DNA of 64,000 nt from Candidatus Forterrea multitransposorum CG_2015-17_Forterrea_25_41 (GTDB lineage Archaea > Iainarchaeota > Iainarchaeia > Iainarchaeales > CSSED10-239): assembly GCA_009392915.1 (NCBI GenBank), contig CP045477.1, positions 96,001 to 160,000 on the forward strand. Direction: 5' to 3'. The notes below the pieces were generated by a model. It had not been told where the DNA came from, made no database searches, and saw only the letters and a program-made list of their open reading frames with translations. Below are positions 1-8,781 of the stretch, piece after piece. Position 1 is the first letter of the stretch, and each line of letters starts with the position of its first letter. A program made the position numbers and the translations under genes.

Positions 1-78
1 TATGAAATATTTAACTTTAGAAGAAATTTCAAAAAGATTAGGTGCAAAATATTCAAATTAAGAGTAATGTGATAGATT

Positions 79-486
79 ATGGTAAAAAATTATATGGTTA
101 AAGCAACTAGAAAAAATGCAGTTGCAAGAGCTTCAATTAAACCTGGGAAAGGAGAAATAAGAGTTAATAAAATGTCTCTTGATGCTATTTATCCTACAGG
201 TTATAAAAAAGCAATTGTTTTAGAACCTACAAAAATTGCTTCTGAAGAATTTTCTAAATTTAATTATAATGTTAATGTTATTGGTGGAGGATCTTCTTCA
301 CAAGTCCAAGCAGTTAGAAGTTGTATTGCTAAGGGAATTGTACTTGCTAATGGTAATAAAAAAGCATTAAAAGATAAATTCTTAGAATATGATAGACATC
401 TTTTAATTGATGATGCTAGAAATAAAGAACCAAAGAAAGAACTTGGTGTTGGTGCTAGAAAGAAGAAACAAAAATCTAAGAGGTGA
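79..486 (+). CDS. rps9: 30S ribosomal protein uS9 (S16e)
   Basis: 135 aa; the C-terminal GGGxxxQxxAxR...ARKKKQKSKR tail and overall sequence are typical of archaeal S9; followed by rpoN and S2 as in the conserved archaeal cluster. Confidence 0.85.
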   Translation: MVKNYMVKATRKNAVARASIKPGKGEIRVNKMSLDAIYPTGYKKAIVLEPTKIASEEFSKFNYNVNVIGGGSSSQVQAVRSCIAKGIVLANGNKKALKDKFLEYDRHLLIDDARNKEPKKELGVGARKKKQKSKR

Positions 487-493
487 ATAATTA

Positions 494-688
494 ATGATTA
501 TTCCAGTTCGTTGTTTTTCTTGTGGGCAAGTAGTTGCTCACAACTATGAAGAATTTTTAAAAGAAATTAAAGATAAAAAATTAAAACCTACAGATGTTTT
601 AGATAACTTAGGTGTAAAAAAATATTGTTGTAGAAGAATGTATATTTCAAATGTTGAAGTAATTGATGAAATTATGAAATATAATTAA
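494..688 (+). CDS. rpoN: DNA-directed RNA polymerase subunit N (Rpb10 homolog)
   Basis: 64 aa; MIIPVRCFSCG...KYCCRRM zinc-binding motif is diagnostic of RpoN/Rpb10; SD AGAGGTGA lies upstream. Confidence 0.85.
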   Translation: MIIPVRCFSCGQVVAHNYEEFLKEIKDKKLKPTDVLDNLGVKKYCCRRMYISNVEVIDEIMKYN

Positions 689-714
689 ATATTGAAAAAA
701 AAGTGTGAAAAAAA

Positions 715-1452
715 ATGAATAAAAGTACAGAAAATAAAGCTATTGAAAATAATCCTTCTGAGAAAAGAACTCCAAATAATAGATTTCAAAAAACATTAGT
801 AAATATTGATCTTTATTTAAAAAATGGTATCCATATTGGAACTAAATATAAAAATGGAGCTATGAGAAGATTTATCTTTAAATCAAGAAGTGATAAATTA
901 AATGTAATGGATGTTCAGATAATTGATCAAAGAATAAAAACTTCAATTGAATTTTTATCAAAATTTAATCCTGAAGATGTTGTTTTTGTTTCAAGAAAAA
1001 AATATGCTTTATTTGGTTTAACTTTACTTGAAAAAACTTTTGGTTATAAAATAAAGGTTGGAAGATTTATTCCTGGTACTTTTACAAATCCAGATTCAGA
1101 ACACTTTATGGAACCAAAACTTGTTTTTGTAGTTGATCCTAATATAGATAGACAAGCTATTTTAGAAGCAACTAAAATTAGAGTACCTATAGTTGCTCTT
1201 GCAACAACTTCTAGTAATGTGAGAAATATTGATCTTTTAGTTCCTTTTAACAATAAAGGACGTAAATCTATTGCTCTTTATTTTTGGCTTTTAAACAGAG
1301 AGCTTCAATTAAAGAATGGTTTTATCAAGTCTGAAAAAGAATATAATTACAAAGTAGATGATTTTGTAATAACTAATGATGATAAAAAAGATGATGAAAC
1401 TAGAGATAGAAAACCAAGACCTAGATTTGTTAAGAAACCTTTTAGAAAATAA
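715..1452 (+). CDS. rps2: 30S ribosomal protein uS2 (SA)
   Basis: 245 aa; GIHIGT...VVDPNIDRQAILEATKIRVPIVALATTSSN matches the uS2 core; C-terminal basic/acidic extension. Confidence 0.8.
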   Translation: MNKSTENKAIENNPSEKRTPNNRFQKTLVNIDLYLKNGIHIGTKYKNGAMRRFIFKSRSDKLNVMDVQIIDQRIKTSIEFLSKFNPEDVVFVSRKKYALFGLTLLEKTFGYKIKVGRFIPGTFTNPDSEHFMEPKLVFVVDPNIDRQAILEATKIRVPIVALATTSSNVRNIDLLVPFNNKGRKSIALYFWLLNRELQLKNGFIKSEKEYNYKVDDFVITNDDKKDDETRDRKPRPRFVKKPFRK

Positions 1453-1579
1453 AAGGTTTTTAAATTTTTAAATAAGCTTTTAAATGTTACTATACATCTT
1501 ATATATAGTAATTAATTAATCTAAAAAGGTTAATATTGTTAACAATTATAAAAAAACGTAAAAAAGAGTGTGAAAAATC

Positions 1580-2305
1580 ATGAAAGATAATTATTTAGTT
1601 TCACTTTTAAAAGAACTTAATTTAACTGAATATGAAGCAAAAGCTCTTGTTACGTTATTTAAATTTTCAGAATCTGATGCTCCAACTATTAGTAGAAATT
1701 CTGAAATTCCAAAAACTAGAATTTATGATGTTTTAGATAGACTTAAAGATAAAGGTTTTGTTTTAGAAGTTTATAAAAGTCCTAAAACCTATAAAATAGT
1801 TAATCCTGAAGAAATTTTTAAAGGACTTTTAGATTTAAAACAAAATGAACTTTTAAATCTTTCAAAAAAAGTAGATGATGTTATTTTAAACTCAACATGG
1901 TCTTCTTATGCAAATAGTAATCCTGAAAAAGTATTACAAGTAAACAATATTAAAGATTATAATAAATTTTTATCACAAGAATTTGAAACTGCAGAAAAAG
2001 AAATACATGGTTTTACAAATCTTGATGAAAGAATTGATTCTTTAAAATCTGTTTTTACAAATAAAAATTTATCAATTAATATTTTAACAAATCCAGTTAC
2101 AAAAATACATGAAATTCCAAAACATGTAACTATTCAAGAAACTAACCATTCAATGGATGCTTTTGTTTTAGATAAAAAGAAAGTTATTATGGCTTTAAAT
2201 GATTTATCTTCTCCTAAAAAAGCATATAATTTAACTGTTCTTGAAAATAATCCTACCCTTGCAAATGCACTCTTATCTCATTTTAAGGATTACTGGAAAA
2301 AATAG
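1580..2305 (+). CDS. TrmB-family transcriptional regulator
   Basis: 241 aa; the N-terminal LTEYEAKALVTLFKF...ISRNSEIPKTRIYDVLDRLKDKGFV winged-HTH is typical of TrmB; C-terminal sensor-like domain. Confidence 0.55.
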   Translation: MKDNYLVSLLKELNLTEYEAKALVTLFKFSESDAPTISRNSEIPKTRIYDVLDRLKDKGFVLEVYKSPKTYKIVNPEEIFKGLLDLKQNELLNLSKKVDDVILNSTWSSYANSNPEKVLQVNNIKDYNKFLSQEFETAEKEIHGFTNLDERIDSLKSVFTNKNLSINILTNPVTKIHEIPKHVTIQETNHSMDAFVLDKKKVIMALNDLSSPKKAYNLTVLENNPTLANALLSHFKDYWKK

Positions 2306-2396
2306 TTTTTTTTAATATATTGAATACTTTTTTAAAGTTAACTATCTTTATAAATATATATAAGGGTATATTAACTTTTAAGAGGTAATAAATTAT

Positions 2397-4484
2397 ATGC
2401 AGTTAAAGAAACTAACTTTAGTTTTATTATTTTTATTTATTTTTTCCATACCAGTTTTTTCTTCTTCTATAACTCTTTATGTTTCCTCTCCTTTTTCCTC
2501 TTCATCTTCAAATTTTAGTATTTCTCCTTCACTTTCTTTTGACAAGTTATCTTTAGTTTCAGAAGATAATTTATCTTTATTAAGAGAGCAAAATATTATT
2601 GTTAAAGAAGAAATTATTAAAGAAAAAGAATCTTCTTTAGAAGATAATTCTCTGTTAGAAGAAATAAATTCTCCAAATCATATTTATGAAACTTATTTTC
2701 AAGATTCTGTAATGATTGGAGATGTTTATTTTCCAGAAGGTATAATTGATTCTTCTCAAGTAAGAGAAAGAAGAAATATTAACTCTCAGTCTACAGTTGA
2801 TAATATTTGGGGTACCACTCCATTAACTGGAGAATATCATATTCCTGTTTTTTTAGTTGATTTTTCAGATGTTCCACATACTCTTTCTAAAGAAGTTTTT
2901 GAAGAACAATTTAATTCTCCTCTTTACTTGGACGGTAATGGTACAAGTGTAAGTCAGTATTACAAGAAACAATCCTATGGTGAACTTGATATTACTTTTG
3001 ATGTTTATGATTGGAGAGAAATGCCTGAAACTTATGAATATTATAGTACAAGATTAGGTGTTTTTGGAGCTCAAACAATAGATCTTTTTGGAACTGGTCC
3101 AAATGCAATTGATTTAACTCAATATGATTCTGATAATGATGGTAGGATAGATGGTTTTGTAATTGTTCACGCTGGTTTTTCTTTACAGAACGCTGGTACT
3201 GGTCATATTAAGACATCTACTTTATTAATGTATTCTGATGAAATTTTAACCATTCAAGGTTTGCATTATGGTAATATAGCTGTTACTTCTGAGAGATATC
3301 CTAGTTGTTCTTCTGGTTTTAATGAAAATTTAATTCCATATCCAGATGATTGTAGAATTGGTGTTTTAGATCAAACACATGAGTTTGGTCATATTTTAGG
3401 TCTTCCAGACTTTTATGGTATTGATCCAAATACTGGTGGTCAATCTCCTGGTCTTCAAAACCTAACTATGATGATGATGTATGATGACATTCCTCAAAAA
3501 CCAATTAATTTAGATGCTTGGGCAAGATATTTTTTAGGTTGGATACAACCAACTGTAATTGAAGAGGGCATGGAAGGTGTTTATCCAGTTTATTCAATTG
3601 ACACCAATCCAGATGGTGCTTTTATTTTACAAGATCTAACTGAGATGGATGAACGTGAATTTTTTATAATTGAAAATAGATTTATGCAAAACTCCCCTTA
3701 TAATCAAGATACTTTTCTTTTAAACACTTCTCAACTAAATTGGGATTATTTAAATGGTCATTTTGGTGGAATTGCAGTTTATCATGTTGATGAGCAATAC
3801 ATTGAAGATAATTATCCAACTAACAGTATCATGTGGGATCCTGATGGAGATTTTTATGATGATACTATAGGGCATCCTGGAATCGTTTTTGAAGAAAATA
3901 TAAAATTTTCAGAAAATAATTGGGATTATTCATTAGGAGATTTATATTCTAGTGAACGTAATGCTGGTTTTGGAGATAATACTTTTGGTAATTTTGATAG
4001 ATACCAAAGATTTTATCCAGAATATAATATGTTATGGGATTATCACAATAAAGCCTATAATGGTAATTTAACTGGTGTTACTGTTGGCACTTTAAGTGGT
4101 AGTGGATCTATAGTTTATGCTTATCTTCAAAGTTATCAAGAAACTTTTAATGCTTTAATCTCTTCTCCAAAAAATAACAGATGGTATAAGTATACTAATA
4201 ATTTAAATTTCATTTCAAGTTATTATAATAATTTAGGAGATGTAAGTTGTGTTTGGGAAGATTCCAGTAATAATATTCTATCTCAAGATTGTGAATTTTC
4301 TGCAACTCCAGAAGATTTAGGTTTACCAATCAGTGAATGTTCTGAGAAAATCACTCTAACTTTAGAAATAACAGATCAAGAAACTGGTGATACAATTATT
4401 GATACTGTTGATATAAAGATTTATGAAACCATAAGAGATATTTGTGAGACTGCTCATAACAACACCCAAGCAGCCACAAAATAA
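2397..4484 (+). CDS. secreted zinc metalloprotease, M6 (immune inhibitor A)-like
   Basis: 695 aa; Sec-type signal peptide MQLKKLTLVLLFLFIFSIPVFSS; HEFGHILGLPDFYG zinc-binding motif (HExxHxxGxxD) of the M6/InhA family. Confidence 0.55.
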   Translation: MQLKKLTLVLLFLFIFSIPVFSSSITLYVSSPFSSSSSNFSISPSLSFDKLSLVSEDNLSLLREQNIIVKEEIIKEKESSLEDNSLLEEINSPNHIYETYFQDSVMIGDVYFPEGIIDSSQVRERRNINSQSTVDNIWGTTPLTGEYHIPVFLVDFSDVPHTLSKEVFEEQFNSPLYLDGNGTSVSQYYKKQSYGELDITFDVYDWREMPETYEYYSTRLGVFGAQTIDLFGTGPNAIDLTQYDSDNDGRIDGFVIVHAGFSLQNAGTGHIKTSTLLMYSDEILTIQGLHYGNIAVTSERYPSCSSGFNENLIPYPDDCRIGVLDQTHEFGHILGLPDFYGIDPNTGGQSPGLQNLTMMMMYDDIPQKPINLDAWARYFLGWIQPTVIEEGMEGVYPVYSIDTNPDGAFILQDLTEMDEREFFIIENRFMQNSPYNQDTFLLNTSQLNWDYLNGHFGGIAVYHVDEQYIEDNYPTNSIMWDPDGDFYDDTIGHPGIVFEENIKFSENNWDYSLGDLYSSERNAGFGDNTFGNFDRYQRFYPEYNMLWDYHNKAYNGNLTGVTVGTLSGSGSIVYAYLQSYQETFNALISSPKNNRWYKYTNNLNFISSYYNNLGDVSCVWEDSSNNILSQDCEFSATPEDLGLPISECSEKITLTLEITDQETGDTIIDTVDIKIYETIRDICETAHNNTQAATK

Positions 4485-4561
4485 AAAAATAAGTAAACCA
4501 TTTATATACTTTATGTTATATAATTTATAATATAATTATTTAAAATAAAAAATAAATTAAG

Positions 4562-7531
4562 GTGAATATTTTGATAAAAATAAAAAAAGGACAAATTTCT
4601 TTAGAAGCAATTATTATAATTGGTGTTATTGTTTTAGCAAGTATTATATTTGCGACATTCTATATTTCTAATGTTAATAAAAAAATAGATACTGCAAGTA
4701 ATCTAGATCCTAATTTTTCTGGAATGATTGGATCTGATGAAATGGGGTCAACTGATCCTATAACTATTGGTGAAGAACCAGGTCCAGGCCCAGGTCCAGG
4801 AGGAAGTACTTGTGGTGATAATATTATTGAAGGTACAGAAGATTGTGATGGTACTAATTTAGGTGGTGCTACATGTGAGTCTGAAGGTCAAGGTACAGGA
4901 GATTTATCTTGTAATTCAAATTGTACTTTTGATTATTCTGGTTGTTCTAGTCCAACAGCAAGTTATACAATAACTTCAAGTCATGGATCAAATGGAACTA
5001 TTTTTCCTTTAGGAGCTGTAACAGTTTTAGAAGGGGCAAGTAAAAAATTTAATTTGTATCCAAATGCAGGTTATGATGTAGATACTGTTTCAATTGATGG
5101 TGCAGAAGTTTCTCTTAGTGAAAGAAGAAGTTATACTTTTAATAATGTTACTTCCGGTCATACTATTCATGTAACTTTTAAACCTTATGCTTCAAATGAA
5201 CATATTATTTTTGCAAGTAGTGGTTCTCATGGAACCATAGATCCTGCAAGAAATAATACAGTTATAGAAGGAGATGATATTACTTTTACATTTAATCCAG
5301 ATACAGGATATCGTGTAGGTAATGTCTATATTGATGATACTACTGTTGGTTCAGAACAAATAGAGATTATTAATGATTTTTCTTCAAAAGATTCTGAAAA
5401 TAATAATTTATATTTTTCAGAAGAAGATGTTTTATATTTTGCATCTGATACAGGGACAGGTACTTCTTCAAATTTAGTTTATACTTTTGAAGATGTAGAT
5501 GATAGTCATACTATTCATGTAACTTTTATATCAAACACAACTCCTACATATACTTTAGAATATATTGCTGGAGCAAATGGTAGTATTTCTGGTCCAAATC
5601 CTCAAACTGTAAGTCAAGGAGAAGATGGTACAGAAGTATGTGCTGTTGCAGATGAAGGTTATGAATTTTTTAAATGGGATGATGATTATTATTCTGAATG
5701 TAGAACTGAAACAAATGTAACAAGTAATCAAACATATACTGTTATCTTTAATGAAAATGCAGGTCAAACAATGGCTATGAATTTAGAAGGTGTTGAATCA
5801 ACTCCAATAAATCAAAACTTTGATGTTGTTGTTAATACTTCTGAAACTCCAGGAACTGTAAGTTATGGTTTAGTTGCAGGATTATTAATTTATAATGATG
5901 TTGCAGGAGATTATTTGCCAACAAACAATTGTTCTTATAACGGAACTTTTGCTTCAAATCATACACTTGAAACAAATCAATCTCCAGGTATTGAAAATTA
6001 TACTTTTACATGTAATACTTCTGGAAACTATAAATTTACATTTACAGCAACAGATACAACTAACTCAACAAATGATGTTTCAAGAGATAAATTAATTACT
6101 GTTGTAAATAACCAAACAGCAGCACCAACATTTTCAATTGATGGAGGTACTTATTTTAATGATCAAACATTAACTTTAAGTTCAACAACTCCTAGTGCAA
6201 CTATAAAATACACAACTAATGGTACTATCCCAACTTGTACTACAGGAACAACTTATTCTCCTGCAAGTCCAATTCAAATTAATCAAATTTTAACAGTAAA
6301 AGCAATTGCTTGTAAATCTGGATATATTGATAGTCAAGTTGTTACAGAAATTTATAATTTAAAAGTTGGATATCCAGAACCAAGTGTTAATCCTGGTGTA
6401 TATTCTCAAGCACAGACAATTACTCTTTCAACAGAAACAATTGGTGCAACTTTGTATTATTCAACAGATGGTTCTGATGCTTTTGATGGAAGTGTTTACG
6501 TTCCAGGAGAAGAAATTATAATTTCAAAACCATATACTGAATTAAGAGTGGCAGGAGAAAAATCAAATTATAATGATAGTTCAGAATTTGATGAATATTA
6601 TTATATAAATGGTTATGAATCTCCAACTCCAAGTATGGTTTTTACAAATTATTATGGAGATGCATATAATCTTGTAGGTGCTGCAAATTTAACTCACTCA
6701 GATGTTTTCTTTGAAGATGAAGAAAATAATTTAGTAAGATTTGTTAATCCTAAATTAAATGGAGATTATTTTAACGGAAGTAATGCTTCAGGAGCTACAT
6801 TAATAGATTGTGAGGCATTTTGTTCTGAAAAGTATCTTGGAGGAACTTGTGATTCTTTTGATAAAACTAATTATTCTGGAAATGCAAATAATTTGATATA
6901 TTATAGAAATATGATTCCTGGTTCTGGTGGTGCAAATGATGTTTTCCCTTACACAATTGGGGGTGAGTTATCTAATTCTCCTCAATGGGCTTATGCTTCT
7001 GGAGCTATTGGTGGACCAGATAGAGTAGGATACTTCACTTGTGATTTTTCACACACCTCCAGTCCAGAAGATGCAGACTTTGGATTTATTGATTTATATA
7101 CTGAAGATTTATTATTAAATTATGGTGATCCATTTGATGGTACAGAATTCTATTATGATTCTTCAAGAGTAACTTTTGATAATGTTACAAAGTCTGGTTC
7201 AGAATATACTTATTCAGGTTTAAATGTTGTAGGTAATTTTGACACACCAGGCGCAACTGCTCCAACAGGAACAGTTTATATACTTTCAGATGATTTTTCA
7301 CAAGCTTGTGATGCTGTATGTGATGCTTTATATCAAGAAAGTTCTTGTGAAAATTATGATACAACAGATGTATATACTGCTAAAGGAGTTTCATATAATT
7401 ATTATCCTCCTGAATATGCAACAATATTTAATCCTAATTTAAGTACAGGTTATTATTGGACATCTGGAAGTCAACTTTTCTATGATGTTTGGTCAGAAGC
7501 TGTTCTTTCAGAAGTTACTTGTTCAAAGTAA
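4562..7531 (+). CDS. giant surface protein with archaeal class III (type IV pilin-like) signal peptide
   Basis: 989 aa; the N-terminus (M)IKIKKGQISLEAIIIIGVIVLASIIF has the KG/Q...E(+5) prepilin-peptidase motif plus a hydrophobic helix; a Cys-rich CGDNIIEGTEDCDGTN...C repeat (Myxococcus-type cysteine-rich repeat) follows; Thr/Ser/Asn-rich beta-domain body; the start may instead be the TTG at 4571, which sits 5 nt after SD AAGGTGA. Confidence 0.5.
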   Translation: MNILIKIKKGQISLEAIIIIGVIVLASIIFATFYISNVNKKIDTASNLDPNFSGMIGSDEMGSTDPITIGEEPGPGPGPGGSTCGDNIIEGTEDCDGTNLGGATCESEGQGTGDLSCNSNCTFDYSGCSSPTASYTITSSHGSNGTIFPLGAVTVLEGASKKFNLYPNAGYDVDTVSIDGAEVSLSERRSYTFNNVTSGHTIHVTFKPYASNEHIIFASSGSHGTIDPARNNTVIEGDDITFTFNPDTGYRVGNVYIDDTTVGSEQIEIINDFSSKDSENNNLYFSEEDVLYFASDTGTGTSSNLVYTFEDVDDSHTIHVTFISNTTPTYTLEYIAGANGSISGPNPQTVSQGEDGTEVCAVADEGYEFFKWDDDYYSECRTETNVTSNQTYTVIFNENAGQTMAMNLEGVESTPINQNFDVVVNTSETPGTVSYGLVAGLLIYNDVAGDYLPTNNCSYNGTFASNHTLETNQSPGIENYTFTCNTSGNYKFTFTATDTTNSTNDVSRDKLITVVNNQTAAPTFSIDGGTYFNDQTLTLSSTTPSATIKYTTNGTIPTCTTGTTYSPASPIQINQILTVKAIACKSGYIDSQVVTEIYNLKVGYPEPSVNPGVYSQAQTITLSTETIGATLYYSTDGSDAFDGSVYVPGEEIIISKPYTELRVAGEKSNYNDSSEFDEYYYINGYESPTPSMVFTNYYGDAYNLVGAANLTHSDVFFEDEENNLVRFVNPKLNGDYFNGSNASGATLIDCEAFCSEKYLGGTCDSFDKTNYSGNANNLIYYRNMIPGSGGANDVFPYTIGGELSNSPQWAYASGAIGGPDRVGYFTCDFSHTSSPEDADFGFIDLYTEDLLLNYGDPFDGTEFYYDSSRVTFDNVTKSGSEYTYSGLNVVGNFDTPGATAPTGTVYILSDDFSQACDAVCDALYQESSCENYDTTDVYTAKGVSYNYYPPEYATIFNPNLSTGYYWTSGSQLFYDVWSEAVLSEVTCSK

Positions 7532-7550
7532 TTTTAAAACAATTACTTTT

Positions 7551-7590
7551 AAAAAAGCTTAATTTCTTTTAAGCTTTTCTTTTTTTTTTC
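7551..7590 (+). terminator. hairpin plus T-tract terminator after the giant surface-protein gene
   Basis: AAAAGCTTAA-tttc-TTTTAAGCTTTT is a 10-bp perfect inverted repeat, followed by a T10 tract. Confidence 0.5.
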
Positions 7591-7715
7591 TTTTTATATA
7601 GCTTTTTTTAAATAATTATATTTAAAAACATTCCTCCATATATAATATTTATATATATAGTTCTTTTTTTTAAAAAAACTAAAAAACCAATGACACTATA
7701 AGGAGGTTGTTTGTC

Positions 7716-8255
7716 ATGTCTGAATTTATAAAATTCTCTGTACCTGAAGATTTAAGAGTTTTACAAGATGAAACTATTAAAAAATTATCAAAATCAGGTA
7801 AAATAAAAATAGGTATAAACGAAGTTACAAAAACAATTGAAAGAGGAAATGCAAAATTTGTTATTATTGCTGAAGATGTATCTCCTGCTGAAATTGTAAT
7901 GCATATACCAATAATCTCAAAAGAGAAAAAAATCCCTTTTTCTTATGCAAAAACTAAAGAAGATTTAGGTAAAATGGTTGGTATCTCTGCAAAAGCAAGT
8001 TGTGTTGCTATAACAGATGCTGGTTCAATGCAAAAAGAATTAACAACATTAATTGATAAGATTGAAGAAGTTTCTGGTGGTAAAAAAGCAGCTGTAAAAA
8101 CAGAAGATGTTAAAAAAGAAAAACCTTCTCCTAAAAAAGAAGAAGTAAAAAAAGAAGCTCCTTCTCCTAAAAAAGAAGAAGAAGTAAAAAAAGAAACACC
8201 TAAAGAAGAAAAACCAGAAAATAAAGAAGAAGTTAAAAAAGAAAACAAAGAATGA
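7716..8255 (+). CDS. rpl7ae: 50S ribosomal protein L7Ae with Lys/Glu-rich C-terminal extension
   Basis: GINEVTKTIERGNAKFVIIAEDVSPAEIVMHIPIISKEKKIPFSYAKTKEDLG matches the L7Ae/L30e fold; the likely start is the ATG at 7716, 9 nt after SD AGGAGG (track ORF begins at the TTG at 7707); the tail carries KPSPKKEEVKKE-type repeats. Confidence 0.8.
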   Translation: MSEFIKFSVPEDLRVLQDETIKKLSKSGKIKIGINEVTKTIERGNAKFVIIAEDVSPAEIVMHIPIISKEKKIPFSYAKTKEDLGKMVGISAKASCVAITDAGSMQKELTTLIDKIEEVSGGKKAAVKTEDVKKEKPSPKKEEVKKEAPSPKKEEEVKKETPKEEKPENKEEVKKENKE

Positions 8256-8267
8256 GGTGAATAATTT

Positions 8268-8480
8268 ATGGCTGATGAAGGAATACCTGCAGAAGTAGTA
8301 GAAGTTGTAGGTAGAACTGGTTCTCGTGGAGAAGCTACCCAAGTTCTTTGTAGAGTTATTGATGGTTATGAGAAAGGTAGAATTAAAAAAAGAAATGTCA
8401 AAGGTAATGTTAAGAAAGGAGACATTCTATTATTAATGAATCCAGAAACAGAAGCAAAGGACATTAAGGCACGTAGGTGA
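8268..8480 (+). CDS. rps28e: 30S ribosomal protein S28e
   Basis: 70 aa; AEVVEVVGRTGSRGEATQVLCRVIDG is the S28e signature; SD GAGGTGA. Confidence 0.85.
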   Translation: MADEGIPAEVVEVVGRTGSRGEATQVLCRVIDGYEKGRIKKRNVKGNVKKGDILLLMNPETEAKDIKARR

Positions 8481-8486
8481 TTTTTA

Positions 8487-8681
8487 ATGCAATGTACATT
8501 TTGCGGAAAAGAAGTTCCAAAAGGGACTGGTGTTTTATATGCAAAGAAAGATGGAACTACTTTTATATTTTGTTCAAGCAAATGTAAAATTAATGTTCTT
8601 GAAAAAAAATTCAAAGCACATAAAACCAAATGGACAAATAAATATCATGTAGAAAAAGAAAGACATTTAAAGAAAAAATAA
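8487..8681 (+). CDS. rpl24e: 50S ribosomal protein L24e
   Basis: 64 aa; the CTFCGKEVPKGTG...FCSSKC zinc ribbon is typical of L24e; the L7Ae-S28e-L24e order is the conserved archaeal cluster. Confidence 0.85.
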   Translation: MQCTFCGKEVPKGTGVLYAKKDGTTFIFCSSKCKINVLEKKFKAHKTKWTNKYHVEKERHLKKK

Positions 8682-8781
8682 TTTTTTTTTCTTTTTCTTT
8701 TTTCTTCAAATATTTCTAAATATAAATATTTTTTTTAATATAAATTAAATATTTAAAATAAAAATAAATAAAAGGTGGTTT

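Noticed and set aside
1044-1253. 69-aa minus-strand ORF inside rps2
   Set aside because: Antisense to a confidently identified ribosomal protein gene; low-complexity translation; no RBS.
4780-4810. GGTCCAGGCCCAGGTCCAGG (encoding PGPGPGPG), considered as a micro-repeat or CRISPR-like element
   Set aside because: Only a short in-frame Pro-Gly linker inside the surface-protein gene; no spacer/repeat periodicity. No CRISPR array exists anywhere in the window.
5555-6095. Small ORFs 5555-5767(-), 5895-6095(+) and 7239-7442(+) inside the 989-aa surface-protein gene
   Set aside because: They are embedded in or antisense to a long, well-supported ORF; the translations are low-complexity AT-codon runs.
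7943-8629. Minus-strand ORFs 7943-8248, 8049-8342 and 8366-8629 opposite L7Ae/S28e/L24e
   Set aside because: The Phe/Ser-rich translations are mirror images of the Lys/Glu-rich sense strand; they are antisense artefacts.
8682-8781. T-rich and A-rich runs after L24e, considered as a structured terminator or ncRNA
   Set aside because: Simple oligo-T tracts typical of archaeal termination in an AT-rich genome; no stem-loop or conserved box detected.
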